In this document: positions 30,109 through 42,758 of the stretch, piece after piece
Position numbering within the stretch: the first letter of the stretch is position 1
How the letters are laid out: each line of letters begins with the position of its first letter
Assembly (NCBI GenBank): GCA_946965045.2
Contig: OX337235.1
Location: 1,426,001-1,490,000 of the forward strand
DNA: 64,000 nt
Source: Epithemia pelagica
Taxonomy: Eukaryota > Protista > Bacillariophyta
Direction: 5' to 3'
Notes under the pieces: generated by a model
Databases searched by the model: none
Told to the model about the DNA's origin: nothing
The model's input: only the letters and a program-made list of their open reading frames with translations
Program-made: the position numbers and the translations under genes

Positions 30109-31088
30109 TTAGAGCTCCTTCTTCTTGAGTGCTTGAGGCATGTCCTCGTTCAGACTGACTCTCAAATAGCAGACGACATACCAAGTCAACATGCCAAAGG
30201 GGATGAATCCATCGTAAACGAGATGCCCATAAAGCTTGTCCTTGACAAAGGAAGTGCACTGAGTGCTCTCCATCCAACCCACAAGCGTCACTGGGATTCC
30301 GACCAAGATGGGGTTCACTGCATACATAAAGTCCTTTTCCTGTTTCTTGCGTGACAATTGGTTGATGGACTGCACGAGCATCAATACCGTTTGCACGTAG
30401 GTAAAGCCAAAGTACTGGGGCACAAACATTTGTCCGAGCAACGAAGCTAGAGAAAGTCCCACAATGGACAAGGAACTCAGGTTGGGAGCCGAGGCCTTAA
30501 TCAAACCAAGCCAAAATACGAGCAATGGAGCTTGCAACTGAAGAATTTCCACGGGAGTCTTACTCTCCATGTACTCAAGACCCGTAAGTTGGCTATCTTC
30601 AACAAGCTCATTTCCTTGTTCTCTCATGATTTTGCCGACATGTCCATGTCCTAGTCCATGTGCAAAAATGCCCACAATTCCGGGAAAAAACAGTTCATTC
30701 GCCCGTTCCATTCCCGGCGTTTTGCTAAGTCCAAGGTATACGAGGCCAAGCACGACTGCTGCAATAGTATCAAAGTACAGGCATGCATCGTGTCTACCGT
30801 TTCCAAACAAAGTTTAACGACAAAAATCCAGTCTGAGAAACCATGAACAAAACGGCAAAGTACCATGAATTATCATCAAACTCCCACTTACGAGTTCCAG
30901 TGGGGGACATCTTTGTTCGCTACACAGAAGCCTTCCTCCTTCCATTGTTTATCAAAGAAGGTGTTATTTTCGTCGGCTGCGTAGCGCGCCACAACGCCAG
31001 CGAACAATAGGGTGCTAATTAGCGAAACGACGTGTGCGCCATTGCCGATGGACGCGAATACAGGGTCATCCATTGGAAGGAAGCTCAT
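30109..31088 (-). CDS. Multi-pass membrane protein, 2 exons
   Basis: ORFs 30888-31088 and 30109-30810 join through an intron at ~30792-30890 (gtaagt...tag), giving WNS-HDACLY. Several hydrophobic segments; His-bearing motifs HGLGH and HLVYD. Confidence 0.65.
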
Positions 31089-31740
31089 GGTTCACGATTT
31101 CAGATATCGGGTCAGATTGTTCTTTTTTTTTGGTTTACGAGGAATGTTTTATTATTTTACGGTCTATAACAATTGGACTCCTAAGCGGTGGGTTCGCAAA
31201 GGAGGGGTGTTTCGTCCGTGACAGTAAGGAACTGTGCCAGAGGGGCGGGGGAGTAGATGGGAGTGACCGGAGCAAAACATGGTGTAGCCAGATTTTGCAA
31301 CTGAGTGGTTCTTGTTTTTCTCTTTGTTTGGTGTTGTCGTATTGCGGCGATGTTGTTGTTGGCATGGGTTGCCAGTGCAGAAACGATTGCGTGGCCAAGG
31401 GAGGCTTTTGCATAGTGCCCGATTGAGTAGATATGTGCTTCTGGGTACGAGAATTTTTTTGTTTTGCTGTTGGCGGCGGTAAGGAGGTTCTTGTTGAAAC
31501 CCGCCGCTGTGAATTGTTGCAGTCTGAGACTGAGAGACTGATGATGATGTGGTCAGTTCGCTTACACCTCTCATCTGTTCGCTTTCCGTAATGATCCCAG
31601 ATCAAAGTCGATCCCAGTGCCCGTCCAGCCCAGTTTCCACCCGATCCTCCCAACATTTTTGTCGGGGTATCTTTTGGGGGTTCGCTTTATGACAACTCGT
31701 CTCGGCAAAAGAGCATTGATAGCAAAAGTCACAAGCAACC

Positions 31741-32688
31741 ATGTCTGCTTCAGATGTATGGATCGATTTCGTGGCCGGATGGTGCTCAGGTGCTACGGCC
31801 GTGATAGCATGCCAACCGATTGACACGATCTTAACCAGATATCAAGCGGGTTTGGCCGCCCAACAAATAGGGCAAAGTGCGTATGGTTCGGTGGCTTCTG
31901 CTGGCTACAGACGCACAATTACTACAGCATTGTCTTCGTCAACCTCTGCTACCGTGGGAAGTTGGGTAGTTCGTGACATGGCGCAGTCTTTGGCCAAGGC
32001 GGACGGGTGGAAAGCCCTCTGGCGTGGATCTTCGCCAATGATAGGATCTGTACCAATTCAAAACGCAATGCTCATGGGAGGATATGGACTTGGCCGACGT
32101 TATTCCGAAGAATATGTGCCCAATTACCGCTTAACCGCTATTTTTGTGGGTGGATGTACGGGTGGAATCCTTCAATCGTTTCTCATGTCGCCCGTCGAAC
32201 TCGTCAAAGTCTCGCAACAATGCGCAGGGAAATCACTCAAGGTGGCAGGTCGAGAGGTCCTATTGAATATGCATCAAGTAATGGCATGGAGAGGGTTGGG
32301 GGCGACCTTGCTCCGTGACGGAATTCCCCATGGGGTTTGGTTTGTTGCCTATGAAGCGACCAAGCAACGATTGCACCAAATGGGTGAGGAGGCACATGGA
32401 TCGATTCTCTTCCACAATCGAGCCTTGATTCCATTGACATCTGGTGCTGTCGCGGCCACGGTTGCCTGGGCAGTTGGATACCCGGCAGACTTGATCAAAA
32501 CCAGGATTCAAACTAGTCAAGCCAATTTGGGGATTGTGGAAACCGCACGCCTCTTGATCAAAGAAGCCAATGGCCATGTTGTGACGGGCCTTTACAAGGG
32601 ATTTGGCTTGAAACTGCTCCGTGCCGTGCCTGCATCCATGATTGGCTTTACGACGTACGAACTGGTTGCATCCTGTCTTGTGTTTTAG
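31741..32688 (+). CDS. Mitochondrial carrier (SLC25) family protein
   Basis: Three carrier repeats with PIDTILTR, PVELVKV and PADLIKTRIQ signatures; GIPHGVWFVAYE; GLYKG...LLRAVP. Confidence 0.9.
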   Translation: MSASDVWIDFVAGWCSGATAVIACQPIDTILTRYQAGLAAQQIGQSAYGSVASAGYRRTITTALSSSTSATVGSWVVRDMAQSLAKADGWKALWRGSSPMIGSVPIQNAMLMGGYGLGRRYSEEYVPNYRLTAIFVGGCTGGILQSFLMSPVELVKVSQQCAGKSLKVAGREVLLNMHQVMAWRGLGATLLRDGIPHGVWFVAYEATKQRLHQMGEEAHGSILFHNRALIPLTSGAVAATVAWAVGYPADLIKTRIQTSQANLGIVETARLLIKEANGHVVTGLYKGFGLKLLRAVPASMIGFTTYELVASCLVF

Positions 32689-33479
32689 CAACAGCAATTG
32701 TTTTGTCATGGACAACTTGTATCTTATACCAAAGAAGGTCATGGAAAATGGTGAAATCCGCAGTTTCCTTGCGTCGGAATGTACTATGTCAATTAACCTG
32801 CCCATACTACAGTCATTGGCCAAACACATGGTTGCTTATACACACCGCCTAAGGACGCTGTATGAATGTCGTCCGTGGATTGTCTTGATATCTTGTGCTG
32901 GTTGACAAACTTTTTGAGTTCACGTTGGACTACATTGGGTCCAATCAGGATCAGACCTCTAAAAAAGACAATCTATCATGATAGAACGCAAAGTCTTCCA
33001 TTAGGATGTGCATTGAGTCGTTCATCGTAAGGGGGGCGAGGTTCAACTGACACTCTATTCGTACCCACTGGTAAAGAATGCCCCTCCCTCATTTCTAGTA
33101 GGAGAATGGGCACGTTATAATTTATAATGCCTGGTGGATGCAATAACACGCTTGTCCTTCTTCCACGAAACGTTGCATCGACGAGTTGGCGATCCCTTCA
33201 CTCCAAAGAATGCACGTCGACCCTAGATCTAGAGCCGTCAGTTTCGCTACGAATTTGCATATAATCCAGTTAGCTTATTTTGGTTTGGTTTGGCTGAAAG
33301 AGAAGGGAAGTACCTTACATGGACTGTGTAGCAGCGATATCAAAGAATGTGAAAATGTGAATGAAAAGGGAGAGTCGTTCTCTCCGTGAAATGAAATATA
33401 CTTGGTGTTCAAGTTTGTGATGATGATATGTCCATATTTTATGTTCCACAACGTCCTCAGAAGTGAAATGCATTGTGTT

Positions 33480-34349
33480 TTAGTCTTCATCCACTCCACT
33501 TCCAAGCAGATAGGACGCCAAGAATCTCCACAAGATGAGGACCGACGCGGAATCCACGATATAGTCCATATCTCCACGTTTCAACATGTAAAAGTGGTCG
33601 CATCCACAAAGTTTTTGGCTCATGAGAACAATGCCAAACAGCAAGGCGCAAGAAGTCAACCAGGTTTGGACTGTGACAGTCAAGGCTCGTTCGGTACTGC
33701 AATCCAGTGTGTTGCGGAACGAAAAGGCTTGATGGAGCCATCCGGCCAGGATCCAACAGGCAATCAACAGACAGGTCGCAGCTCCCATTGGTTCCAACAG
33801 AGGACTGTATTGATTCACCAATTGATTGGATAAGTTGATTTCAAGAACGTGATCTGTGTACGGCGTATTCAAATCCAACCAGACCGGAGTTTGCAAGGAG
33901 GGAGATTGCAAGGCACCCCCACTCGACACTTGTGCCGCTGCGGCACTACTCAAATGATGCATCGGATCGGCCAAGGTCTCTCGAACCATCATACGAGCCA
34001 CAACTTGACAAAAGAAGTGATCCGAAATGCCATAGACACACAGTGAAAGCAAATCACCAATCATGACAAAAATGTCTTCAGGCGCGGGAGGTGGTTTCCA
34101 ATACGTGGATCGTAGATTGTCCATCCACAGAGCACCATCGTTGCTGTCTTCTCCCACATTGTTGCCCTCGTTATGGGTGGCATCCGACATGTGCCGAACT
34201 GTTGCCGTCGTCGATGATGCGATGCATGGCATCGGTCTTTGGTTCAGAATCGAAAACGCCGAAATCCCTGGAAGACCCCACAACAGAAAAGTGCCAATGA
34301 CGGCGGTCATTGTCCAGCGCGACAGTATGGAGGGAGATGATCTTCCCAT
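33480..34349 (-). CDS. Probable plastid-targeted membrane protein of unknown function
   Basis: Signal peptide ending ISA-FSIL (ASAFAP-like) and several C-terminal hydrophobic helices. Confidence 0.6.
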   Translation of the reverse strand: MGRSSPSILSRWTMTAVIGTFLLWGLPGISAFSILNQRPMPCIASSTTATVRHMSDATHNEGNNVGEDSNDGALWMDNLRSTYWKPPPAPEDIFVMIGDLLSLCVYGISDHFFCQVVARMMVRETLADPMHHLSSAAAAQVSSGGALQSPSLQTPVWLDLNTPYTDHVLEINLSNQLVNQYSPLLEPMGAATCLLIACWILAGWLHQAFSFRNTLDCSTERALTVTVQTWLTSCALLFGIVLMSQKLCGCDHFYMLKRGDMDYIVDSASVLILWRFLASYLLGSGVDED

Positions 34350-34897
34350 GACTTTGTAAGCTGTCTATTTGGGAAACGAAGTGAGGTTTGGCTTTGGTCA
34401 AGTCGATACCAATTGGAAATTGGAACAACACTGAAAGCGTAAAGCGAGGTCTGTGCCTTCAATCAAGAAAATACACCATCGTCGTGTCTTTGACAACAGG
34501 AGTTCCAACCAAAAAGAACAAGAACATTGGCAGACGCACCTCCTGCCACTGTAGCCACGTCAGATGACTTCTAGGAGGTCGCGTTTAGGTGCGGTTTGAA
34601 AATGATCTTCCCGCTATTGAGTCGCTTCAATATTCTCCGAAGTTGCATTCACAAGATACGAGCTACCTCACTCCAAATTCCAACCTCCTCTAACCTGCTA
34701 AGTACTCGTACCTCGTCCTGTTTGCAAGTGTCAAGTGAACATGATCGACTTATTCAGATCTTCGGGGCGAAAAAGACGTCCTAGAGAACGCATCATAACC
34801 GCTAATGAATGAAATAATTTCATAAAAGGCTTACATACGGTGTTACTACTCCAGGCCCCACAGAATCAATCTTCCCAAGCACTACAAGACCCACCGT

Positions 34898-35638
34898 TTA
34901 GTCCTCCTTTTTCTCTGGGGGATACACAACTTTGAAGAATGAAAGTTCACTGATCATGTCACGGTACGCCTTTAACTTGGGATGTGGTTCAAACAACTCG
35001 GATGCACATTTGGCAGCCGAGGCCGTCACCAAATCATAGGCCAAGACAATATCGGCCGCCGTCAACGTTTTGCCCAACAGATAGGGTCCCCCATATTTGG
35101 TCAACGCTTCCTCGTAGGTCGGAACAACCACGTTGTGCCATTCCTGTTTCTTTTGGTCAAACACTTTTTCGACCGAAGGTGGAAAGAGGAGATGGACTGC
35201 GACATGATAGGCTGTGGCCGGCCCGAAATGCAAAAGCTTCAAAAAGTCGGCCCGTGTTTCATCGCCTGGAGCCGGATACAGTGTGTGTTTCTCGTCGTAT
35301 TTCTCCAACAAGTATTGGACCATGCCACCCGATTCCGTCAGGCTGAGCGAACTTGACGGGTCATGAAAAAAGGGGAGACGTTTCTGAGGGTTAAGTTCCG
35401 TCAGGACCGGGTCATTTTTCAGTTGATCCCACGATACATTCTCGACTTGAACGAGTGCACCAGGAGATGTGTCCTCATCGTCGTCCGCCTTTCTCTTGTT
35501 CCCTGCCAATGAATCTCCAGTATTCGAGGGATACGCGACAACCCCCAGCTCTACCAAGACGCCTAGAGGACGGCAGGAGGAAAAGTTGGGAGCATGGTAC
35601 AATGTGGGTTTCGTCGGTGTTGAAAGAGAAGTAGTCAT
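34898..35638 (-). CDS. Glutathione S-transferase
   Basis: LYHAPNFSS; NPQKRLP (cis-Pro loop); LTESGGMVQYL (SNAIL-like); GPYLLGKTLTAADI N-capping box. Likely ATG at 35638. Confidence 0.85.
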   Translation of the reverse strand: MTTSLSTPTKPTLYHAPNFSSCRPLGVLVELGVVAYPSNTGDSLAGNKRKADDDEDTSPGALVQVENVSWDQLKNDPVLTELNPQKRLPFFHDPSSSLSLTESGGMVQYLLEKYDEKHTLYPAPGDETRADFLKLLHFGPATAYHVAVHLLFPPSVEKVFDQKKQEWHNVVVPTYEEALTKYGGPYLLGKTLTAADIVLAYDLVTASAAKCASELFEPHPKLKAYRDMISELSFFKVVYPPEKKED

Positions 35639-35925
35639 TGCGTGAAGTAAGACTTTTTGGATGGCGTTCATATGGATAATGGCATCAAATCTTTGTTCAG
35701 AATCGGCTGCCAAAGCTTTCTTCCAACGGGTTCTTAGGGTTGAGTTCCGGGTGTGCAGTGTTGTGCGGCGCGCCTCCATCGCGCGCCTTGCGACCAGCAT
35801 CAACAAAATCAGTCGCCGATATCCCGCTCTCACGATTTTCATTGATACGCTGTTGTGCCTCTTCAATGATTGATATCCTGCTTGTTGGGCTTGCATAGAC
35901 CTTTTCTTCCAAGCGGAAGGCTACG

Positions 35926-37488
35926 ATGGCTTCCAATATAGTATATCATCGCGCGGTCGCCCGAGCGACCAGCGATGATGGAGGCCCCGTTATTTCGTCG
36001 GCACAGCAACTTCACCATCGTGAGGGCAATTACAACTCGTATCTCCCTCGACCATCCATGAGTCTCCGTCTTCGCCGGAAAAAGAACCATCGATCATCTT
36101 TCCGAATCCATGCCATTTGCATGTTTATCATGGTGGTGACTTTCGTGGTTGTGGCTTGTGTCTTCTTTATTGGTGTTTTTGTCTCGCACCAGCAAGACAA
36201 TGATATCAAGAATCGATTGGCGGCGCTTCATGGACGAAGAAACAAGATTCCTAGACACGCAACGGATGAGCAGCGTCTTTCATTGCAGGATCTCTTAGCT
36301 CATGGTCGGAAGTTTCGGCGTGACACTGGACAATCACGAGACAAACCGCTGATGCCGGTTCACCGATACACCACCATGCGGGAGAATCCTTTGTCACCAC
36401 AAGGGCAACCAGGATTTGCTGCCGATACCAGCGTAATACCCTTTGTGATTATGGTTTTTGCGCGTGTGGATTATTTGCAGCAAGTATTCGATTCCATCCG
36501 TGGTTCGGATTTTCCAAAAGAACGGGTTCCCATTATCATTTCCCATGATGGACGTGTCCCAGAAATGATGGATTATGTGGACTCGCTTGTCCAGGACAAG
36601 GAATTTGACATCATTACGCTAGTGCATCCTTTTTCTTGTTATGAACACCCGCATAGCTTTCCTGGCAATGACACGAGTCTGAATGTGGAATATGGGGGAG
36701 ATTCCTACGGCAATCCTCGAAGCGAGTGGGCAACCTGTTGTAAACATCACTTCACATGGATGCTCAACGCGGTCTTCAGTCTTGACCAGATGAAGCATAT
36801 CGATACCTTTTTCTTCCTTGAAGAAGACTACCTTGTATCGAAAACTATCTACACGTCTCTTTGTGTAGGACTCAATGTAATGCTTGAGACTGAAAAGGAC
36901 ACGATGAATGGATATTTTGGGTTGGCCATAAACTCCAGCAATGCGATCATACCAACCGATCTACTTCCTCCGTCGGGCCCCTTTCAGTGGACGGTCCTGC
37001 CTTTCCGATCTGGTCCCATGACAATGAATCGAAACGCATTTGCCTTATTGAAGAATCGTTCGAACGAGTACTGCACACACTACGATGAATACAACTGGGA
37101 CTGGACATTTTATCATTTGATGCACGACGGGTTGTTGCCATCTTCCGTTTTGGTACCCTGGAGGGTTCCTTTGGTGGAACACATTGGAGTGGTGGGAATG
37201 CATACTGTCCACGCATCGTACCAAGATTTGCTTCGACGGCGTTTCATCCGAAACAAGAGGTTTGCTCAGAGTGATGCGAATGCGGATGTCAATGTTTTTT
37301 TGTCGAAACATTGGGAACCGACCAATTTGTCCCACCATATATATCTTTTGCCCCGTCGTGTTCCCTTTCACAAACCAAGTGGTGGTTGGAATCATCCGGC
37401 AGATCACAGACATTGCATGGATTTGTTTGATTCGGAGCGCAACGTCATAGCAAACAATTCATCACGGAAAAATGAGGTCATGACATGA
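35926..37488 (+). CDS. GT16 / N-acetylglucosaminyltransferase II (MGAT2)-like glycosyltransferase
   Basis: Type II TM; VFARVDYL; HPFS; KHHFTW; FLEEDY; YDEYNWDWT, resembling the MGAT2 YDDYNWDW motif. Confidence 0.7.
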   Translation: MASNIVYHRAVARATSDDGGPVISSAQQLHHREGNYNSYLPRPSMSLRLRRKKNHRSSFRIHAICMFIMVVTFVVVACVFFIGVFVSHQQDNDIKNRLAALHGRRNKIPRHATDEQRLSLQDLLAHGRKFRRDTGQSRDKPLMPVHRYTTMRENPLSPQGQPGFAADTSVIPFVIMVFARVDYLQQVFDSIRGSDFPKERVPIIISHDGRVPEMMDYVDSLVQDKEFDIITLVHPFSCYEHPHSFPGNDTSLNVEYGGDSYGNPRSEWATCCKHHFTWMLNAVFSLDQMKHIDTFFFLEEDYLVSKTIYTSLCVGLNVMLETEKDTMNGYFGLAINSSNAIIPTDLLPPSGPFQWTVLPFRSGPMTMNRNAFALLKNRSNEYCTHYDEYNWDWTFYHLMHDGLLPSSVLVPWRVPLVEHIGVVGMHTVHASYQDLLRRRFIRNKRFAQSDANADVNVFLSKHWEPTNLSHHIYLLPRRVPFHKPSGGWNHPADHRHCMDLFDSERNVIANNSSRKNEVMT

Positions 37489-37535
37489 GGAATAGCAAAC
37501 AATTCATCACGGAAAAATGAGGTCATGACATGAGG
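37447..37535 (+). repeat. 45 bp tandem duplication spanning the GT16 stop codon
   Basis: atagcaaacaattcatcacggaaaaatgaggtcatgacatgagg occurs at 37447 and 37492. Confidence 0.9.
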
Positions 37536-38875
37536 GATGAATTGACTGGCGAACGATGCTCTATCTTTTTATGTCGCTACGAAAGGGCTGTTGAACTTGC
37601 TTTTGCCTAGTAATGGGTTCGTCACCGCTCTTCATCAGTTGACAGAGTAGTAAGGAATCCGTAGGGCATGTGCCATATTGAACGGCAGGTTTTACTTCGA
37701 TCTGTGACTGTAGACACAAGAAAATCCGACAACTAATACAAGACAGCGAGCATTTCGATATCCATACATTTCGACGTTTTACGGCGAAACATTTTGTTAT
37801 CCCTACATTTCTACGACGGATCACAGCTCTGCAGTGGAACGCATTCTTCTTCGGAACCATTCTGTTCATTTGCACTCGGTTTCCCACATTTCTGTTGTAT
37901 GTCGGCCGAGCGGGTAGGTATTTCGAATATTCTTGGGGAATTATAGGCTGATCATGATTGCGCCAAAAAGAGCCAATATTCGCCTTTCTATTTGCCCATG
38001 AGCAGATTTTTATGTCTCAAAACTGTGCTTACTTCATTTCTCTATCGCTATCATCGTGGGAATGAAGCTTGACAGAGAGGTACGGATTCTGGTAGAAGAC
38101 AGACCCTAACGCGTCACCAATGACGTTGTAATGCGTTACAGACAAATATACACAAGGAAAATTGCCAAGCATGGCACGTTCAACTCATCTTGATGGTGAC
38201 TCTATAAGTCATTGGTCTTGCGTTGGCTTGTTCTGTTCCGGAGGACGCCAATCTTTGCCATTTCGTGAGAATTGTACGACTTTGTTGCTCCAGCTGATAG
38301 ATGATGTGAAGACAACCAAAGTGGTATTCAACAAAATACAGGAACTTGTGAAATGGCATTTGCTCAATGTCTCTGTGATCCATTGTCATAGATGGTACGA
38401 CCAGCTTTGAAGAGAAAAAAAAACGGTGTAACCGAAGTTTTGTCGAACTCAGTGACGACGCTCAGCTTGGTCCCACTCTGCCATGAAATCAATCGCAGGG
38501 ACACAAAAGGCGAGATATCCGGAATGAGTGATAGAACCGCGAAATGCGGGCATGTTCCCAAGTTATATCTCAAATCGTCATTTCATGACGTAAACAATTC
38601 TCCACGATGTGGGTGGAGTCATGTGCACCGGGTCCTACAGTCTAATCTCTGAGGCAACCGCGTAAGTTCTTTCACAGCCTGAACAGACAAGTGATATGAT
38701 AGTCGGAGCTGACTCATGTTGTCCGTGGTATATCTCACCAGGACATGAAACAGTTCAAGCGTTGTGGACAATGACATCTATTGCTGTTCACATGGCGAGC
38801 CAAACCAAACCTATACAATCGAAAATGACGATGGACGACTTGTATACAATGTGCCCTACTTCATATATTGCCTTG

Positions 38876-40181
38876 CTATACATCTCCATACGAACCAGTG
38901 TCTTGGGAGCTTCGACCTGTGACTTGGAGTGATTCTGGCCCACTTTTCTCGTCCGTAGCCATACTTTGGCCACTGTGTCGACTCACATCATCTTGGAGGC
39001 ATTCTCGAAGTTGTGGACTTTCACCTCCCAACAGATCCTCTTTCCCTGGGAAATTATTGGTCGGAACCTCTTCATCTCCAGCATTCGTTTGATTCGACTC
39101 ACCGGCGTCGCAACAATCAGAGTTGACTCGGGGAGAGGTGTAACAGCTATCATAATCAGACAGTGATGCCTCAGTCGAATCTGAAGAGTCCGCCTCGATA
39201 GCGTCACTTTGTGCGCTCAATGAAGAGATACTGCTCCGGTCTGGACTCAAGAGACCCAAGGTAATGCTTGAAACTTTGATAGGAGCTATCTGGTTGACAA
39301 AAAATGGAAAAAGTGATGGATTGCTGGCGGCTTCAACATCACAGCCGCTTTCACCAGCTACAAAGCTTGTCTTCTCTTCATCTTGGAAGCTAGCAGTCAT
39401 GGACGAAACAGGCGAGAGAAGCCTCTCTCCATGAAACAATCGATTATGTTCCCGATGGGCACAACCACTAGACGAAAGGACTTGATTCGGCTCTGGATCG
39501 ATACTGCAAACATGACTATGTTTTGCAAAAGTTGACTTCGTCGACAGCGACGTTCCTTGAGCTTTTTGCGGCGACGCATCTATCCTTGCATTTTTATCTT
39601 TTCGTGGGCGTTTGCGAGAATCAACGAACCACAGAGCCATCGCACATAGAGTGACCAACCCCGCAACTGCCACCAAAAGGGAGGGAAGTGCTGTGTAGGC
39701 CATTCCAAGCTCACGGTCGTTCTCAGGCATGGTGGCCTCCGCAGGGAATTCATCCTGTGACAGGCGCCGGTGCTGCCTTTCCGTAAAGTCTCCCTTTGAT
39801 TAAACACAATGGGTAATAAGATCACAAATTAAGTGCCCATCTGTTGATACAATCTCATGTCAGACAACTTACTTGCTGATAGAAAATCCAGTCTTCTTCG
39901 TTGTCCCCCCAGAACTCCTCCAAGTTCATACCAGATTCATTCACTTCACTCTCAATCACGTCATTAACAGGATCAGGACCCTGCCTCCCACTGGTGCTTT
40001 GCGGCGATAGAATCAAGTCTTCGATCTTTGACGAAAAGTAGGGATCGAGAGAAATCAAACTGACTTCTTCAATCTCATAAGGCGGAAAGGGGAAGGTTGA
40101 AAAAACAAAGACAACCGCCGTGACCCCAAGTAAAATAACTGAGGCAGCGCTCGAAAGACGAAGGAATTCCAAACCATTCAT
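38876..40181 (-). CDS. Membrane protein with Ser-rich tail, 2 exons
   Basis: ORF 39855-40181 splices (intron 39794-39872, phase 0) in frame into ORF 38876-39730. N-terminal hydrophobic segment plus internal TM. Confidence 0.55.
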
Positions 40182-40665
40182 TGTACTTCATCTGAATGGA
40201 GGCCTTTTTTGTGAGCTCGTGGACCAACTTTACCGTCATCATAAAAAATGATGACGACTCCTTCCATTCCTGGAGTGAACGCTGAAAATCGTCTTGGTGA
40301 GCTAGATTGGATCGTGATTCGGCGACCCACATCATCGAACATCGAAGGAAGAGGGTTGAGTATTGAATACTTCTGTTGAATAAAAAGGGTTGGGAGTTTG
40401 GAGTTGGCTCCGTTTGAGAAATGGCCGAGGTGACTCCGCGCAACATTTTGGGAAGCGTCTCGCCGCGCGCGATAAGATGTGCGTGACAGTGACAGAAGAG
40501 ACCGCATCCGCGGGACGCATAATTTCATTTTTCTCCTGTCACAAAATCTGAAGTTCCAGGTTTGTGTTTGTGGTGTCGGTCATTTCTTCTATTTCGACTT
40601 TGTACATTCATTCTTTCCTTCCCATCAAAGGCCCTTTTGAATCTCTTATACCTGTCTATCCAACC

Positions 40666-42041
40666 ATGAAGGGACTATATTCAGCAGACCTTTTTATTCT
40701 TGGAATCTCGACTGTTTCCGCCTTTGACGTTGTTTCCATTGCCAACATTAAGATGACGATGACAAGTGGTGCTACATCTGACACTGATGTTCGTCCAACA
40801 GAAGTTCTGGCAAGCGCCGACAAAGTAAGTAGTACAAACATTTCATATGTGATGGTCTTACCTGAAATAGACTCTTACAGCTGAAACCTGGCGTCGTGTA
40901 ATTCTAGTTTCTCGACCTGATGCTAACTCAGGAATACGGTGATGACTATGTACGGGTTGCGACTTCGGTGTTTTCCCAAGGAATCACAGCTGTTGGTGTA
41001 TCCGGCGGCTTTGTCGATACCATGGGACTTAGTGGATCGGTCTACTTTGAAGACGGAACTGGTCCTTCGTTCGATCTTCTGTCTACTGTGATCGATAATG
41101 CATTCAAAGAAGACTACGAAGTCTTCTTCGAGATCCTTTCCGAAAGCTCAGATCCGTTTCTCGCATCACTCGAATCCGTCAATATTAATGTGGAAAAGGC
41201 GGACACAAGTGAAGATACGCAGTCTGGTCTCAGCACATGGGTCGTTGTTGCCATTGCGGTCGGTTCTGCTGTTTGTTCCGCGGGTTTCCTCTGTCTATTG
41301 TGTATTTGCTGCCTAGGTGACCCTGAAGATGAAGACGAGGACATTACGGCTGTCAAGAAAACCAGTTCTTCTGGATCGGGCGAGACACATGTTAAGACCT
41401 CAACAAAAGCTTCTGATGAAGTGGCGTCGGACATCGACGTGGAGAGTATCCATGGAGCTCAACTCCGCAACAATCAGGAAAACATGGATGTACAATCAAT
41501 CACATCTCAAGACTCGTCCAAGTTTACTTACAACCCCAGAACCGAAATGACGGAGGGTGGATTCACTTTCCAATCGTGCTATTCCCAAGAAGTGCGTTCA
41601 TCCAACATCGATGCTGACCTCTGGAAATATGGAGGAATTATCCCTGATGGTGCTGCAGACGGCGTCGAGGTACCCTTCGGATCAGACATTAGTGCCATTG
41701 AAGCAGGGAAGGATGGTCCTCACGAAATCGATATCTTAGAAGCCGACTCAAGATCATTGACAACAGCAGGAAGTCTATTTCTTCATCCTACTGACGTGAT
41801 GAGTCCACATGAACGGAGTCAGGCGACAGTTGGGACATATGGAGGCATGTCGCTGGCTATGTCCGAAGTTGGAATTGGTATTATTGAAGATGAAATCGAA
41901 CCTACGAGAACCTTATCTAAAAGAAGGACAAGAAGCGAGAAACAGTCTTCGTCCAGACAGATTCGGCCGAGTGGAACAGCCCAGGGAATTAACGATGATC
42001 TGAACGATTTAGGAGAGATGGTGGCTGCACACCGAGGATAA
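40666..42041 (+). CDS. Type I single-pass membrane protein, 2 exons
   Basis: Signal peptide from ATG 40666; phase-0 intron 40825-40907; TM WVVVAIAVGSAVCSAGFLCLLCICCLG; acidic Ser-rich tail. Confidence 0.65.
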
Positions 42042-42758
42042 TAATGACCGTCGTCCTGAAGTTTAGAGGTCAATCGCACACAAAGGCCAGGCTCACGATG
42101 GACCACTGGTGAGCTGGCAAAAAAGGGTCTTTAGCTTTGATACAGAAGACGGGTCTAACAGACAATGTGAAGATGTGCTCAGAAGCAACTGTTGATGCGG
42201 GTGATGTGTGATCTCATTTGCCTCTTCTCTGTACGGTATGTCGGAACAATTAAATGTAGATGTGAGTATTTTCCGAGGGCGGTGATGTGTTGGTGCTAGC
42301 CCAGAGTAGTTGACTTCAATACTTCCTTGTACTCCTATGACGCACTCCTCTCTCTCTACTCTAGCGAGGGGAAGATTAGAGGAATGTGAAGCAGAAATAT
42401 TCGCTAGTCTAGTGTGCCGTTAAAATGAGCAGGAGGACGTCGGCGCGCGTTGGCAGTTGCTCGCTTCGGATGTAACACTTAGATAAGATAAAGAAATATT
42501 TAAGCCTCCGCACATGCACGGAAGGATCGATCGCGGATCGCGGACAGGTATAGCCTCACAATATCATTCACCGATCGAACGACAGATATTTTCCATTCTA
42601 CCTTGCGACAAGGGAGACAAGGTCCACTTGAGCGATCAGCAACGAAAGATATCCACTCATTTCCCGGTTCTGAGGTCTACTACCCGGAATCATCAGCTCA
42701 TTCATTGACAATAATCCCCTCATCCTAAGTCTTACTGGGCCTTTCGTCCTCTTCCACG

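Noticed and set aside
40178-40528. 116 aa ORF just upstream of the 38876-40181 gene
   Set aside because: Different frame, no splice link found and no motif; it may be UTR.
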